DNA of 64,000 nucleotides from Trueperaceae bacterium (GCA_965213925.1 OZ243927.1:2272001-2336000); one strand, 5' to 3'; shown: positions 42,739-53,578, numbered from the stretch's first letter. Notes: a model not told the origin generated them from the letters alone. Numbers and translations: made by a program.

Positions 42739-42749
42739 GTAGGTCACTA

Positions 42750-42860
42750 TAGCAAGTATCATTTGGTTTGAGCCAATCCGGGAAGAGACAACATTGACGA
42801 GCACGCACATTCGAGAATGATACTTACGTGACTCAAGCTCAGTGTTTATGTTAATTGCTT
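42750..42860 (+). mobile_element. 111-bp TA-MITE
   Basis: TA|TAGCAAGTATCATTTGG..TTAATTGCTT|TA; inserted at the stop codon of the convergent hydrolase gene. Confidence 0.92.
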
Positions 42861-43819
42861 TATTCATAGAGCGCTTGGACGAAGCTCGAGATAGCCTCCA
42901 CCAGTCCATCCGTAAGCGGTAGGTCGGGATTCGCATACGTCGCTAGGTTTAGAGCGCGGTTTGCAGGTGCATCTTTCAAGACGTGGTTCATCCCTTCTAA
43001 AATGACAAGCTCGGCGTCAGGCTGGGCGGCGCTCAGCAGTTCGGCATCTTCGACGCGCACCTGAATATCCGTTGTGCCTTGAACGACGAGGACGGGCATC
43101 TCGAGCCTCGCCACCTCTTCCGCCGGGTCGTACTGAAACCAACTGATGAGGTAAGGCTGCACGTTGGGGCGAAAGAGGGCGTCGCCGATAGCGGGCACGG
43201 CGGCGATACCTTCCGGTAGCGGCTGGACGGTTTCGCCCTCCTCTAACGACGCGATGACCTCTTTGCTCTCCTCCAAAAGAGGTCGAGGAAGCTGGACGCT
43301 CAGTTGGCGCCCCAACGTATCCGCCGCTGGCTCCCCTGCGCCCGCGAGAGAGATGAAAGCGTCCACGTCCGCACGTTGCGCCGCCACCATGCCGATAAGC
43401 GAGCCTTCGGAGTGACCCAGCATGACAATGTCGGAGAAGCGCGCATCGCTTTGCAAGAGGTCGAGCCACGCCGCCGCGTCGTCGATGTAGGTGCCAAAGC
43501 GTAACGCGCGCTCCTCGAGCCCTGCCGGAGCACTCTCGCCGATGCCCCGTTTGTCAATGCGCAAGCTCGCGATTCCTTCATCCGCCAACGCTTCCGCTAA
43601 AAGTTTAAGGCTGTCGTTCTTGCCGGGGAGTTGCGCGGAGTTGCCGTCCCTATCGGTCGGACCTGAGCCGGGATGGATGAGGACGACAGGATAAGGTTCG
43701 CTCGTGTTAGGAAGCTCGAGCGTCCCGTAGAGCGTGCCCGTCATCGTCTCCAAGCTGATAGGCTCAGATTGAGCAGATGCAAAAGCGAGGCTCAGTAAAA
43801 GAAGAACGAGGTATTTCAT
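42860..43819 (-). CDS. Secreted alpha/beta hydrolase
   Basis: Signal peptide, GSGPTDRDGN, GHSEG, GTTDIQV, MNHVLK. Confidence 0.9.
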   Translation of the reverse strand: MKYLVLLLLSLAFASAQSEPISLETMTGTLYGTLELPNTSEPYPVVLIHPGSGPTDRDGNSAQLPGKNDSLKLLAEALADEGIASLRIDKRGIGESAPAGLEERALRFGTYIDDAAAWLDLLQSDARFSDIVMLGHSEGSLIGMVAAQRADVDAFISLAGAGEPAADTLGRQLSVQLPRPLLEESKEVIASLEEGETVQPLPEGIAAVPAIGDALFRPNVQPYLISWFQYDPAEEVARLEMPVLVVQGTTDIQVRVEDAELLSAAQPDAELVILEGMNHVLKDAPANRALNLATYANPDLPLTDGLVEAISSFVQALYE

Positions 43820-43924
43820 GGGACGACCTTTCAAAAAGTGTGCTCATGTGCCACTTCGCCAATGAGCAAAATTATAGCGTAGCGGAAGCGGTAAAGTAAG
43901 TGGGTTCCTTCTATTCTTTCGTTA

Positions 43925-44059
43925 CTCGGTCTCATCATCGTCGGGCATCAACCATCAGAAGAGGCAGGGATGGCGTATTTGGCGGAGTGGCTAAAGCCTA
44001 AGCTCCCGAATACTCCTACTACTCATATTCCGAGTAGTTATCCGTTGAAGACTGCTTGA
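43925..44059 (+). pseudogene. C-terminal fragment of a NIF3-like protein
   Basis: LIIVGHQPSEEAGMAYLAEWL..HIPS..P with no upstream body. Confidence 0.5.
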
Positions 44060-44242
44060 ACTCTTGGTCACACTTTTCGCACGCGCTGAGGTTACCGAAT
44101 TTAACGTGCTTTTAGAGGGTTGGCGGTTAAGTGTTAGAGGACTCGAGACCCTAGGTCGTCACCTCTTCAGCGGTCTCTACGCGGCGTTTTCACAAGCTGA
44201 CAAAGACCATACAGAGTCATTTTAGACTGCCGAGGAGACCTC

Positions 44243-45643
44243 ATGGACAAAGCCTCCGCTTCGCCCGCTACCAAACCATCCGCCACACCGTCCGCTGCTC
44301 ACGACATCCCCTTCTCTGAGGCGTTTCGCGTGTGGGTCAAGGTCGCGCTCAACTCCTTTGGCGGTCCGGCGGGGCAGATTGCGGTCATGCACAGGCTTCT
44401 CGTGGAAGAGAAGCGTTGGATCAGCGAGACGCGCTTTTTGCACGCGATGAACTACTGTATGCTCCTGCCCGGACCCGAAGCGCAGCAGCTCGCCACCTAT
44501 ATCGGCTGGCTACTTCACAAAACAAAAGGCGGGCTCGTGGCGGGGTTGCTCTTTATCCTGCCGGGCTTTCTCTCGATTCTCGCGCTGAGTATCGTTTACG
44601 CGCTTTACAGCAGCTCGAGTTTCGTCGAAGCCCTCTTCTTCGGGCTCAAGGCGGCGGTGCTGGCGCTCGTCGCCGAAGCGGTCATTCGCATCGGTAAGCG
44701 CGTCGTCAAAAACTGGGCGATGCTCCTCATCGCCGCCCTCGCCTTTATCGCGATCTTCTTTTTCACCTTGCCCTTCCCGCTCATCGTATTCGCCGCGGGT
44801 CTCATCGGCTTTTTAGGTGGGAAGCTCGCGCCTGACCTCTTCTACGTCGTCAAGGGGCGAGAGGTCGGCAAAGACGATGAAGCAGGGTTTGTCATCACCG
44901 ACGCCGTCGCCTCTCACACTGCGCTGTCCGCGTCTTATGCGCTTAAAACGAGCGCGATTTGGCTCTCTATTTGGCTGGCTCCCTTAGCACTCATTATCTT
45001 GACGCTCGGCGCAGATAATGTCTTTTCACAGATCGCCCTCTTCTTCTCCCAAGCCGCCGTCGTGACCTTCGGCGGCGCGTATTCGGTGCTCGCCTTTATC
45101 GCGCAGCAAGCGGTGGAGGTCTACGGCTGGCTCCGCCCCGGCGAGATGTTAGACGGGCTCGGCATGGCGGAGACCACGCCGGGACCGCTCGTGCAGGTCA
45201 CGCAGTTCGTCGGCTTTATGGGCGCGTATCGGCAGGGCGGCTTCGAGCCTATTACGGCGGGCGTGTTAGGCTCGGTACTCACTACCTGGATGACGTTTGC
45301 GCCCTGTTTTTTCTTCATCTTCTTGGGTGCGCCCTTTATCGAACACTTGCGCGGTAACAAGTCACTCACGGCGGCGCTCTCGGCGATTACGGCGGCGGTG
45401 GTGGGCGTCATCCTCAACTTGGCGGTCTGGTTCGGAGTTCACGCGGTGTTCTCTAGCGTGACGGACGTCTACTTCGGTCCGCTCCGGCTGCTCGTGCCTG
45501 ACTGGGCGACGCTCAGTTGGACGGCGCTCGTGATCGCGGTGGGTGCGTTCGTGGCGCTTTTTCGCTTTAAGGTAGGTATGATTCCCACCCTGGCGGTAAG
45601 CGCGGGGGCAGGCTTGCTCTACCGCTTGGTGTTCGTCGGCTGA
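44243..45643 (+). CDS. chrA: Chromate ion transporter (long-chain CHR)
   Basis: SFGGPAGQIAVM, LPGPEAQQLA, TFGGAY, AETTPGPL. Confidence 0.93.
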   Translation: MDKASASPATKPSATPSAAHDIPFSEAFRVWVKVALNSFGGPAGQIAVMHRLLVEEKRWISETRFLHAMNYCMLLPGPEAQQLATYIGWLLHKTKGGLVAGLLFILPGFLSILALSIVYALYSSSSFVEALFFGLKAAVLALVAEAVIRIGKRVVKNWAMLLIAALAFIAIFFFTLPFPLIVFAAGLIGFLGGKLAPDLFYVVKGREVGKDDEAGFVITDAVASHTALSASYALKTSAIWLSIWLAPLALIILTLGADNVFSQIALFFSQAAVVTFGGAYSVLAFIAQQAVEVYGWLRPGEMLDGLGMAETTPGPLVQVTQFVGFMGAYRQGGFEPITAGVLGSVLTTWMTFAPCFFFIFLGAPFIEHLRGNKSLTAALSAITAAVVGVILNLAVWFGVHAVFSSVTDVYFGPLRLLVPDWATLSWTALVIAVGAFVALFRFKVGMIPTLAVSAGAGLLYRLVFVG

Positions 45644-45650
45644 AAGCCCA

Positions 45651-47366
45651 TCACGGCTGCTGCGGCTTACGGATGGGCAGATAAGTCGGGTTCCACATGC
45701 GTTTAGAGATGAAGGTGTGGGGGTCTTCCTCCAATCTAAATTCGGTATCATCTGCTTCAGCAACCGTCCGCACAACCTCCGCTGCCACCCGCTCACTTGC
45801 CCCGCGCAGCTCGCCGATGCCGGGGTAGACGAGCCCCCTTTCCAGACGCGCCGCCGAGACCTGCTCGGAGAGCGCCCGCGCCGCGACGTTCAGGATGTCA
45901 GCGTCTACGTGCTTCGCGCCGCTCAGCATCAATCCTAGACCCAAGCCGGGAAAGATAAAAGCGTTATTGCCCTGCCCGACGCCGTAAGTTTGACCGCCAT
46001 ATTCCACATCGTCGAAGGGGCTGCCCGTCGCGAGCGTCACACGCCCGTTTGTCCAGCGGATGAGGTCTTCAGGTTTGGCTTCGCAGTGGCTCGTAGGATT
46101 TGAGAGCGGGAAGATGATGGGGTGCTCCGTATTGGCGCACACCGCCTTAGTGACCTCTTCACCGAATGCGCCCGCTTGACCGGAAAAGCCTAAGAGCGTC
46201 GTTATGCGGGCGTTTTGGACCACCTCGAGCAAACTCGGGTCATCCCCTTCAATGTGCCAGCCCTCCAAACGGCTCGGGTCTTGCGCCAGGCTCGCCTTGT
46301 AAGACTCCAAGCCTCGGCGGTCATTCAGGATGAGCCCGAAAGGGTCCATCATGAAGATTTTGGCTTTGGCGTCGGCGGCGCTCAACCCTTCGTGTTTAAG
46401 CGCCGCGAAGAGCTGCCGCGCCACCCCGACGCCTGCGGCTCCCGCGCCGAAAATCAGAAAGGTTTCGTTTTTGAGGGTATGCCCGTGTCGCTTCGTTGCA
46501 GCGAGGAGCCCGGCGAGCACCACCGCGCCTGTCCCCTGGATGTCGTCGTTAAAGGAGGGGAGCGTCTCTTTATGCTGCGCCAAAACCTCGAAGGCTTTGT
46601 CGCGGCTGAAGTCCTCCCACTGCAAGAGCACGCCCGGATGATGCCGCTCTAACGCCTTCACAAAGGTGTTGATAAAGTTGTAGTAAGCGCTCCCCGTGAG
46701 CCTCGGATGGCGTGCGCCCAGATACATAGGGTCTTCCAACAACTCCTCGTGGTTCGTGCCGACATCGAGCTGTACGGGCAAGCAGAGCGCCGGGTCCACA
46801 CCCGCCGCCGCCGTGTAGAGCGAGAGCTTGCCGATGCAGATCGCCATGCCGCCGAAGCCCTGATCGCCGATGCCCAAAATACCCTCAGCGTCGGTAGCGA
46901 CGATGAGCCTGATATGGGGGTAGGGCGTGTTGGCTAAAAGGTTGTCGATGCGGTCGATATTTTTCGTGCTGACGACGAGCCCGCGCGGAAAGCGGTAGAT
47001 GCGGCTGAAGTGCGTCGCGGCGAGCGCCACGGTGGGCGTATAAATGATGGGCATCATCTCCTCTAAGTGCTCGGCTAAGAGCGCGTAAAAGAGTACCTCG
47101 CAGCGGTCTTGCAAGAGCCGCAAATAGATGTACTTGTCGAAGTCCTTCTCGAAATGGCGGTAGTTGTTGTAGGCACGCTGAACCTGCTCTTCTAGGCTCG
47201 AGACGTGTGCAGGCAAGATGCCCCAAAGGTTAAAAACGTCGCGCTCCTCGGCGGTAAACGCGGTGCTCTTATTCAAGAGGGGCAAGCGGGTGAGCATCAG
47301 ACCGGGGAGGTCGGTTTCTAAGTAGGGATTGCCGCTCGCGTCGCGTTTGTACTCAAACTGCTTCAT
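45651..47366 (-). CDS. NAD-dependent malic enzyme
   Basis: NKSTAFT, ILGIGDQG, FNDDIQGTG, GAGAAG, LSNPT, GQGNN. Confidence 0.93.
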   Translation of the reverse strand: MKQFEYKRDASGNPYLETDLPGLMLTRLPLLNKSTAFTAEERDVFNLWGILPAHVSSLEEQVQRAYNNYRHFEKDFDKYIYLRLLQDRCEVLFYALLAEHLEEMMPIIYTPTVALAATHFSRIYRFPRGLVVSTKNIDRIDNLLANTPYPHIRLIVATDAEGILGIGDQGFGGMAICIGKLSLYTAAAGVDPALCLPVQLDVGTNHEELLEDPMYLGARHPRLTGSAYYNFINTFVKALERHHPGVLLQWEDFSRDKAFEVLAQHKETLPSFNDDIQGTGAVVLAGLLAATKRHGHTLKNETFLIFGAGAAGVGVARQLFAALKHEGLSAADAKAKIFMMDPFGLILNDRRGLESYKASLAQDPSRLEGWHIEGDDPSLLEVVQNARITTLLGFSGQAGAFGEEVTKAVCANTEHPIIFPLSNPTSHCEAKPEDLIRWTNGRVTLATGSPFDDVEYGGQTYGVGQGNNAFIFPGLGLGLMLSGAKHVDADILNVAARALSEQVSAARLERGLVYPGIGELRGASERVAAEVVRTVAEADDTEFRLEEDPHTFISKRMWNPTYLPIRKPQQP

Positions 47367-47522
47367 TAGGTCTCCTTGTTCGCCTTGTTTTGTCCTAATT
47401 TATCCCGACAAAGCGCTCTGCGGAAGACCTAAATGTCTATTGCGGCGATATTTTTGTTTTTCTGTGTCTCGAGCGATTGTGTGTTATAGGTTGCCCGAAC
47501 TATCTGTAGATTGGAAGCGAAC

Positions 47523-48008
47523 ATGGGTGTCAAAAATTACTTAATTGAAGGCGTTTCCGGTACCGGCAAAACCTCGGTCTGCGACGAGCTAAGGCGGCGC
47601 GGCTACTACGCCATTCATGGCGATAGGGACTTGGCCTATCAAGGCGATCCAAAAACTGGTGAGCCTCTGGACGGCTTTGCCCACGAGCATCATATCTGGG
47701 ATGTCGATAAGGTCAGCGCTTTGGTGGCCGACCAGAGCCACGCGGTATCGTTCTTTTGCGGCGGTTCCAGGAATTTCGACCGTTTCATCGATCTATTTGA
47801 TGGCGTTTTTGTTCTCGAGGTCGATCTGGATACGTTGAACCGGCGTCTTGCCGTCCGAGCTAAAGACGAGTGGGGCGGACGAGTAAGCGAACGGGAATTC
47901 ATTGCGCGATTACATGCGACTAAAGAAGACATTCCGAAGAACGCAATCACAATCGACGCCACGGCACCAATCTCACGTGTTGTCGACGCAATTCTTGAGC
48001 AATGGTGA
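47523..48008 (+). CDS. P-loop nucleoside/nucleotide kinase-like protein
   Basis: IEGVSGTGKTS; C-terminal IDAT.P. Confidence 0.8.
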   Translation: MGVKNYLIEGVSGTGKTSVCDELRRRGYYAIHGDRDLAYQGDPKTGEPLDGFAHEHHIWDVDKVSALVADQSHAVSFFCGGSRNFDRFIDLFDGVFVLEVDLDTLNRRLAVRAKDEWGGRVSEREFIARLHATKEDIPKNAITIDATAPISRVVDAILEQW

Positions 48009-48088
48009 CTTGTCCCTTGCTGGTGATAGTGGCGGTGTGCTTCATCCTCACTCCTGTTCAGTAAGGTAAGGGTGGAATAATGACAGTT

Positions 48089-48130
48089 ATCGAGTAGCTT
48101 GGAGAAATGGGTTTCGGCTTCGTGGATGTC
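48089..48130 (-). pseudogene. Phd/YefM antitoxin N-terminal relic
   Basis: DIHEAETHFSKLLD resembles the Phd/YefM NIHEAKTHLS.LL motif. Confidence 0.45.
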
Positions 48131-48280
48131 AGCATAGATTAAGCGGTAGACCAAAATATAATGATGATATGGAAGAAAGGACTTTTAGCTCGAGAGGTAC
48201 TCTTTGTTTCGTTAAGCGTAGCTATTCGCACCCGAATTTTTTAAGTTGAATACCACACCATAATTTGTAGGGAGAGAAGC

Positions 48281-49350
48281 GTGGCAAAACGTTACCCAGC
48301 GATTGAACCTTTTGCCTCGGGTATGCTCGAGGTCGGAGATGGACATGAGCTTTATTGGGAAGAGATCGGCAACCCTGAAGGAACCCCTGCTGTTTATCTA
48401 CATGGTGGACCTGGTAGCGGTTGTAGCCCCGGCTCACGCCGCAACTTTGACCCTAACGCTTACCGCGCCGTGCTGTTTGACCAACGAAGTTGTGGGCGTA
48501 GTCGCCCCCTTGCCTCTAAACCTGATGCTGATTTGAGTACCAACACGACCCGTCATCTCACCGCTGATATTGAAGCCCTGCGTCAACATTTTGGTATCGA
48601 ACGTTGGGTTGTTGCGGGTGGTTCGTGGGGCGTTACGTTAGGGTTAGTGTACGCACAACGCTATTCCGAACGAGTAAGGGCTATGGTGCTTGGCGCTGTA
48701 ACTGCTGGAACACGCCGCGAAATAGCTTGGATCACCCGCGATATGGGCAGAATCTTTCCGCGTGAATGGGAACGTTTTGTTGCGCTTGTTCCTGAAGCTG
48801 AGCGTAGCGGTGATTTATCTGCTGCCTATGCGCGGCTCTTAGCCAGCCCTGATCCAGAGGTACGTGAACACGCAGCACTCGAGTGGTGTCAATGGGAAGA
48901 TACCCATGTTTCTCTAATGCCAGATTGGGAACCCAACCCACGTTACCAGGACCCGCAGTTTCGTCTCCTTTTTGCTCGCCTTGTGACACACTATTGGAGT
49001 CATGGTTGCTTCTTGAGCGACGCCGAAGTGATGGTCGGAATGCACCGTTTAGCAAATATAGCAGGTATCATCTGGTTTGAACCAACCTCACGTTATAGAA
49101 CATCGTGTAGCACGCACTTCAAGTGATGATACCTGCGCCATTTCGCTCCAATACTTCCGATAACCGCTATATTCCCGCAATACTTATCCACGGGCGTTGG
49201 GATATTTCTGGTCCTTTGGATATAGCCTGGGCTTTGCACCGTACTTGGTCAAAGAGCGAGTTGCGCATCTTAAATAATGCGGGACATGGAGGAATCGGCT
49301 TTCCTGAAGCGATGACGGCTGCGTTAGATAAATTTCGTGATGCACCCTGA
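48281..49350 (+). pseudogene. pip: Proline iminopeptidase interrupted by a 111-bp MITE
   Basis: LHGGPGSG, FDQR.CG.S, GGSWG; removing 49059-49169 plus one TA restores HRLANIPAILIHGRWD. Confidence 0.92.
49059..49169 (+). mobile_element. 111-bp TA-MITE
   Basis: TA|TAGCAGGTATCATCTGG..GATAACCGCTA|TA; the 113-nt gain matches the observed frame change. Confidence 0.93.
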
Positions 49351-49383
49351 GCTATGGTCGTTGAGAGATATCCGTAACCAAAG

Positions 49384-49439
49384 AAAAAAGCGTTGAGCGA
49401 TTCACGGTCAGTAACTGTCTTCCGTGAATCACTCAACGC
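49384..49439 (-). terminator. Terminator between infB and pip
   Basis: GCGTTGAGCGATTCACGG / CCGTGAATCACTCAACGC stem; T-run on the minus strand. Confidence 0.75.
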
Positions 49440-49488
49440 CCTCGTTGCAGGGTAATCGAAGGTCTTATCTAAGGTTCTCTACAAACCT

Positions 49489-51255
49489 CTAAACTGGCAC
49501 CTCCACCATCTCATACGCCTCAATCACATCCCCCTCTTGCACGTTCTCATAGTTCTGCAAGTTAATCCCGCATTCAAAACCGTTACCGACTTCGCGCACG
49601 TCGTCTTTGAAGCGGCGAAGCTGCGCGACGGAACCTTTGTAGACCTCTCTACCCCCGCGAATGAGCCGCGCTTTCGCCCCGCGCCGAATCGTGCCGTCGG
49701 TGACGTAAGAGCCGGCGATGTTACCCGAACGCGGCACGCGGATGACCTGGCGCACTTCGGCGTGACCCGTGACCTGCTCTTCGTACTCGGGCTCGATCTG
49801 ACCGCGAATCATCCGCTCGACCTCTTCGATGAGCTGGTAGATGATCTTGTACGTCTTGAGCGTGACGCCTTGGCGCTCGGCGGCTTTCTTGACGCTGCCC
49901 GCCGGGTTGACGCCGAAGCTCATCACGGTGGCGTCCGCTGTGCCTGCTAAGAGCAAATCGCTCTCGGTAGGTGCGCCGACTTCGGCGAGCATGATTTCTA
50001 CGTCCACCTCGTCGGTCTTTTCGGCTTCTTTGGCAATAACGCCTTTGATGGCCTCAAGTGACCCCTGCGTGTCCGCCCGCAAGATGAGGTTAATCGTCGT
50101 GACTTTCGGCTTGCCGAAGAGGTCCGCGAGTGTCACGCCCTTCATGCCGATGCGCTCGCGCTCCTCCTCTTCGCGGGTTTGGGTCCGCTCCGAGACGAGT
50201 TGCTTAGCGGTGGCTTCGTCGGCGACAGCGACGACTTTGTCGCCCGCTTGCGGCTGGTTGCTAAAGCCTAAAATCTGTACGGGGAAAGACGGCCCAGCTT
50301 CCTTGACGCGCTCACCCGAAAAATCCGTCATAGCGCGAATCTTCGCCCACGCCTCGCCCGAGACGATATAGTCGGTGACATGGAGGGTGCCTTTTTGCAC
50401 CAATATGGTGGCCAAAACGCCCGCGCGTTTGTCCAGAATGGACTCGATAACGACGCCTTCTGCTTCACCATCTCGAGGTGCACGGAAGTCTTCCAACTCC
50501 GCCACGAGCGAGATCATCTCCAAGAGGTTGTCGACGCCTTCGCCCGTCTGAGCGCTGATCGGTACGACGATGGTGTCGCCGCCGAAGTCCTCGGGGACGA
50601 GTTCGTACTGCATCAAGTCCTGCTTGACCTTGTCGGGGTTCGCTTGGGGCAGGTCGATTTTGTTAATGCCTACGATGATAGGAACGCCCGCCGCTTTCGC
50701 GTGGGCGATCGCCTCGCGGGTCTGCGGCATGATGGAGTCGTCCGCCGCGACAACGATGATGACAATGTCGGTCGCGGACGCGCCGCGCTGCCGGATTGTC
50801 GTGAAGGCCTCGTGACCCGGCGTGTCTAAAAAGGTGATGGGGCCGCCCGGCGTTTCAGCCTGGTACGCGCCGATGTGCTGGGTGATGCCGCCCGCTTCGC
50901 CCTCGGCAACTTTGGCTTTACGGATGTAGTCTAAGAGGCTCGTCTTGCCGTGGTCGACGTGCCCCATGACGGTGACGACTGGGGCTCGAGTCGGCGCGTC
51001 AGGGTCCACCTCGGGCTTGACCTCTCCCAGTTCCTCGCCCGCTTCGGCTTCGTTGGCGCTCTCAACAGCCGCTTCCGCCTCGGGTGCGCCGCCCTCCTCT
51101 TCGACCAACTGCCGCACGGTGTCGGCGATGTCACCCTCCAAAGTGCTCGAGTGCGACTTATACTCCACCCCCATCGAGTCGAGGATGTCGAGCATGTCTT
51201 TGGTTTCAAGGTTTAAGTCTTTGGCAAGTTGATAAATTCGTACTTTTTCAGACAT
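49489..51255 (-). CDS. infB: Translation initiation factor IF-2 (short form)
   Basis: [35 protein letters not shown]. Confidence 0.97.
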   Translation of the reverse strand: MSEKVRIYQLAKDLNLETKDMLDILDSMGVEYKSHSSTLEGDIADTVRQLVEEEGGAPEAEAAVESANEAEAGEELGEVKPEVDPDAPTRAPVVTVMGHVDHGKTSLLDYIRKAKVAEGEAGGITQHIGAYQAETPGGPITFLDTPGHEAFTTIRQRGASATDIVIIVVAADDSIMPQTREAIAHAKAAGVPIIVGINKIDLPQANPDKVKQDLMQYELVPEDFGGDTIVVPISAQTGEGVDNLLEMISLVAELEDFRAPRDGEAEGVVIESILDKRAGVLATILVQKGTLHVTDYIVSGEAWAKIRAMTDFSGERVKEAGPSFPVQILGFSNQPQAGDKVVAVADEATAKQLVSERTQTREEEERERIGMKGVTLADLFGKPKVTTINLILRADTQGSLEAIKGVIAKEAEKTDEVDVEIMLAEVGAPTESDLLLAGTADATVMSFGVNPAGSVKKAAERQGVTLKTYKIIYQLIEEVERMIRGQIEPEYEEQVTGHAEVRQVIRVPRSGNIAGSYVTDGTIRRGAKARLIRGGREVYKGSVAQLRRFKDDVREVGNGFECGINLQNYENVQEGDVIEAYEMVEVPV

Positions 51256-51271
51256 TTAGTTTAGTCCTCCC

Positions 51272-51382
51272 AAGCAGGTATCATCTGGTCACTAGTACGC
51301 TTAACTGATAAAGCCTTTTGCTTAGCTATCACATTCATAGATGATACTTGCGTCATTTCAAATTGAGTATTCATGAAACTTC
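51272..51382 (+). mobile_element. Diverged copy of the TA-MITE between ylxR and infB
   Basis: AAGCAGGTATCATCTGG..GATGATACTTGCGTCATTTC; ends eroded. Confidence 0.7.
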
Positions 51383-51658
51383 CTGTTGTGGTTGTCCTTT
51401 GGCGTGCTCGAGAAGCTCCTCGTGCAACCGCTCGGTCTGTCCGCGAAAAAAGCGCTTGAGCTTCTTCACGCGCCAGCACTCGGGGTTGTCCGCGCAGACC
51501 CACGCGCCGCGCCCGTCGCTCTTGCGGTTGCGCTCCAAGTAAGCCGTGTCGAGCTGCCAGCCCTCGTCACCCCTATAGAAACGGACCAGGTCGCCCTGCG
51601 GACGCTCGCGCCGACACGCCACGCAGCGGCGCATCGGCACGTGCTTGGCGCGGCTCAT
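51371..51658 (-). CDS. ylxR: YlxR (DUF448) RNA-binding protein
   Basis: P.RRCVACR, GRGAWVC; lies between nusA and infB. Confidence 0.9.
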   Translation of the reverse strand: MSRAKHVPMRRCVACRRERPQGDLVRFYRGDEGWQLDTAYLERNRKSDGRGAWVCADNPECWRVKKLKRFFRGQTERLHEELLEHAKGQPQQEVS

Positions 51659-52914
51659 CCGCGGCTCGTCTCCTCCTGGGCTTCGGGTTCTGTTTCCGCC
51701 TCTATCGTCGCTTCGACCTCTTCGCTCGCTTCTACTGCTGCCTCGACCTCTTTGCTCTCTTCTTCGGGACCGGGCGACGCGCTGAAGAGGGCGTCGAAGG
51801 CGGCGCGTTTCGAGTCGGCTGTGACCGCAGGCACGTCCTCACCGCGCTCGGCGGCGGCTTGCATGGCGGCGTCCAGATCAGAGACCGTCTCCGAAGCGAC
51901 GAGGTCGATTTTGAAGCCCGTGAGCTTCGCGGCTAAGCGCACGTTCTGTCCGCCTTTACCGATGGCGAGCGAGAGTTGGTCGTTGCCGACTAAGACCTTC
52001 GCCTCGCCCTTTTCGGTGTCCACGTCAATCGTGCCGACTTTAGCGGGGGAGAGGGCGTTACGAATGAATTCTCGGGGGCTCGGGTCCCAGAGGATGATGT
52101 CCACTCGTTCACGCTGCAACTCGGCTGTGACGGCTTGAATACGTGAGCCCCTATGTCCGATGCACGCCCCGATAGGGTCCACATTCGGGTTGCGGCTGAT
52201 CACCGCGACTTTAGAGCGTTGCCCGGCTTCCCTGGCAATCGCTTTGAGTTCTACGGTTTCGTCCGTAACCTCAGGAATCTCTTGGCGCATGAGGTACTCC
52301 AGGAGTTCGGGGGCGGCTCTCGAGACCAAAATGCTCGGTCCACGGTTCGAAAGCTCGACCTTGACCACGTACACCTTGAGCCGCATCCCGACCATCGTCC
52401 GCTCGCCTGGAATCTGCTCTTTAGGCGGCATAATGGCTTCGCCGCGCCCTAAATCCACGAAGACGTTGCGCTTGTTGTCCTGACGTGAAACGACGGCTGT
52501 GATCACGTCGCCCGCGCGGTCCTTGTATTCGTTAAAGACAATAGCGCGTTCCGCCTCGCGGATTTTCTGAGTGATGACCTGCTTGGTCGTTTGCACCGCG
52601 ATGCGCGTGAACTTGTCGGGGTCCACGGGGAATTCCATCTCCATGCCGACCTCGACGGTGGGGTCGAGTTCCCGCGCTTCCTCTAGGCTCATCTCCTGCT
52701 CGGCGTCCTCGACCTCTTCGACGACGCGCCGCACGATTAAAACCTCGATCTCGCCCGTTTCGGGGTCGACTTGCACCTCGATCGCTTTGCCCGGCTCGAC
52801 GTTGCGCTCGTAAGCTTGCTCTAAAGACTCCTCAAACGAGGCTAAGAGCTGGTCTTTGTCCAGGTTGCGCTCGGTGGCGAGTTGGTTGAGGGCGTCTATA
52901 AAATCTTTGTTCAT
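51655..52914 (-). CDS. nusA: Transcription factor NusA
   Basis: AREAGQRSKVAV, DPIGACIG, LSLAIGKGGQNVRLA. Confidence 0.97.
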   Translation of the reverse strand: MNKDFIDALNQLATERNLDKDQLLASFEESLEQAYERNVEPGKAIEVQVDPETGEIEVLIVRRVVEEVEDAEQEMSLEEARELDPTVEVGMEMEFPVDPDKFTRIAVQTTKQVITQKIREAERAIVFNEYKDRAGDVITAVVSRQDNKRNVFVDLGRGEAIMPPKEQIPGERTMVGMRLKVYVVKVELSNRGPSILVSRAAPELLEYLMRQEIPEVTDETVELKAIAREAGQRSKVAVISRNPNVDPIGACIGHRGSRIQAVTAELQRERVDIILWDPSPREFIRNALSPAKVGTIDVDTEKGEAKVLVGNDQLSLAIGKGGQNVRLAAKLTGFKIDLVASETVSDLDAAMQAAAERGEDVPAVTADSKRAAFDALFSASPGPEEESKEVEAAVEASEEVEATIEAETEPEAQEETSRG

Positions 52915-52981
52915 ACTAAATACTCCTATTCAGTTGTGGGTATTGCCTTTATCTTCTATGTCTATCCTGCTTTGTCTATCT

Positions 52982-53425
52982 CTACCTCGGCGTATCGGGC
53001 CACTCCGCCAGACGCGCGCTGCCGATGTCGCTTAGCGCAACCGTGCGCCGCTCTTTACCAACTTCAAACGTGACGCTCTCGTCACTCACCTCGCGCACCT
53101 TGCCCTTGAAGGTCTCGTTGCCGACACGCACCTTGGCGAGCAGGTCGTGAAAGCGGCGAAAGTGCTCGGGACGTTTGAGGGGGCGCTCAGGTCCGGGTGA
53201 TTCGACCTCTAACTTATACTCGCTCTCGAAGGGGTCCAACCGGTCGAGTTCTAAGCTAAAAACCTCCGTCGCCAAGCTCACGTCCTCCATCGTCACGACC
53301 TTTTGGTCTAGCCGGTCGATGCGCAAGAGGACGTTTCTTTTTTTGCCTTTGCCGCTCACGGTTAGCTCTAAGACTTCGAAGCCTAAGGGCTCCAGTAATT
53401 CCTCCGCTGCTCTCGCTAATTCCAC
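52982..53425 (-). CDS. rimP: Ribosome maturation factor RimP
   Basis: Y.LEVESPG.ERPL; first gene of the nusA operon; GGAGG plus GTG start. Confidence 0.92.
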   Translation of the reverse strand: MELARAAEELLEPLGFEVLELTVSGKGKKRNVLLRIDRLDQKVVTMEDVSLATEVFSLELDRLDPFESEYKLEVESPGPERPLKRPEHFRRFHDLLAKVRVGNETFKGKVREVSDESVTFEVGKERRTVALSDIGSARLAEWPDTPR

Positions 53426-53578
53426 AGTACCTCCTGAACAGCAGGTCTCATTCGCTTAGAAACAGCCTCAGTCAATCAAGCTCTTGTTTAGCTTCTATAT
53501 TGAGTAATTTCTGTGCGACGCAACCTCACTAAAATACCTGCACCTACAACGCTTATATTGCCTTCATCCCTAACCATC

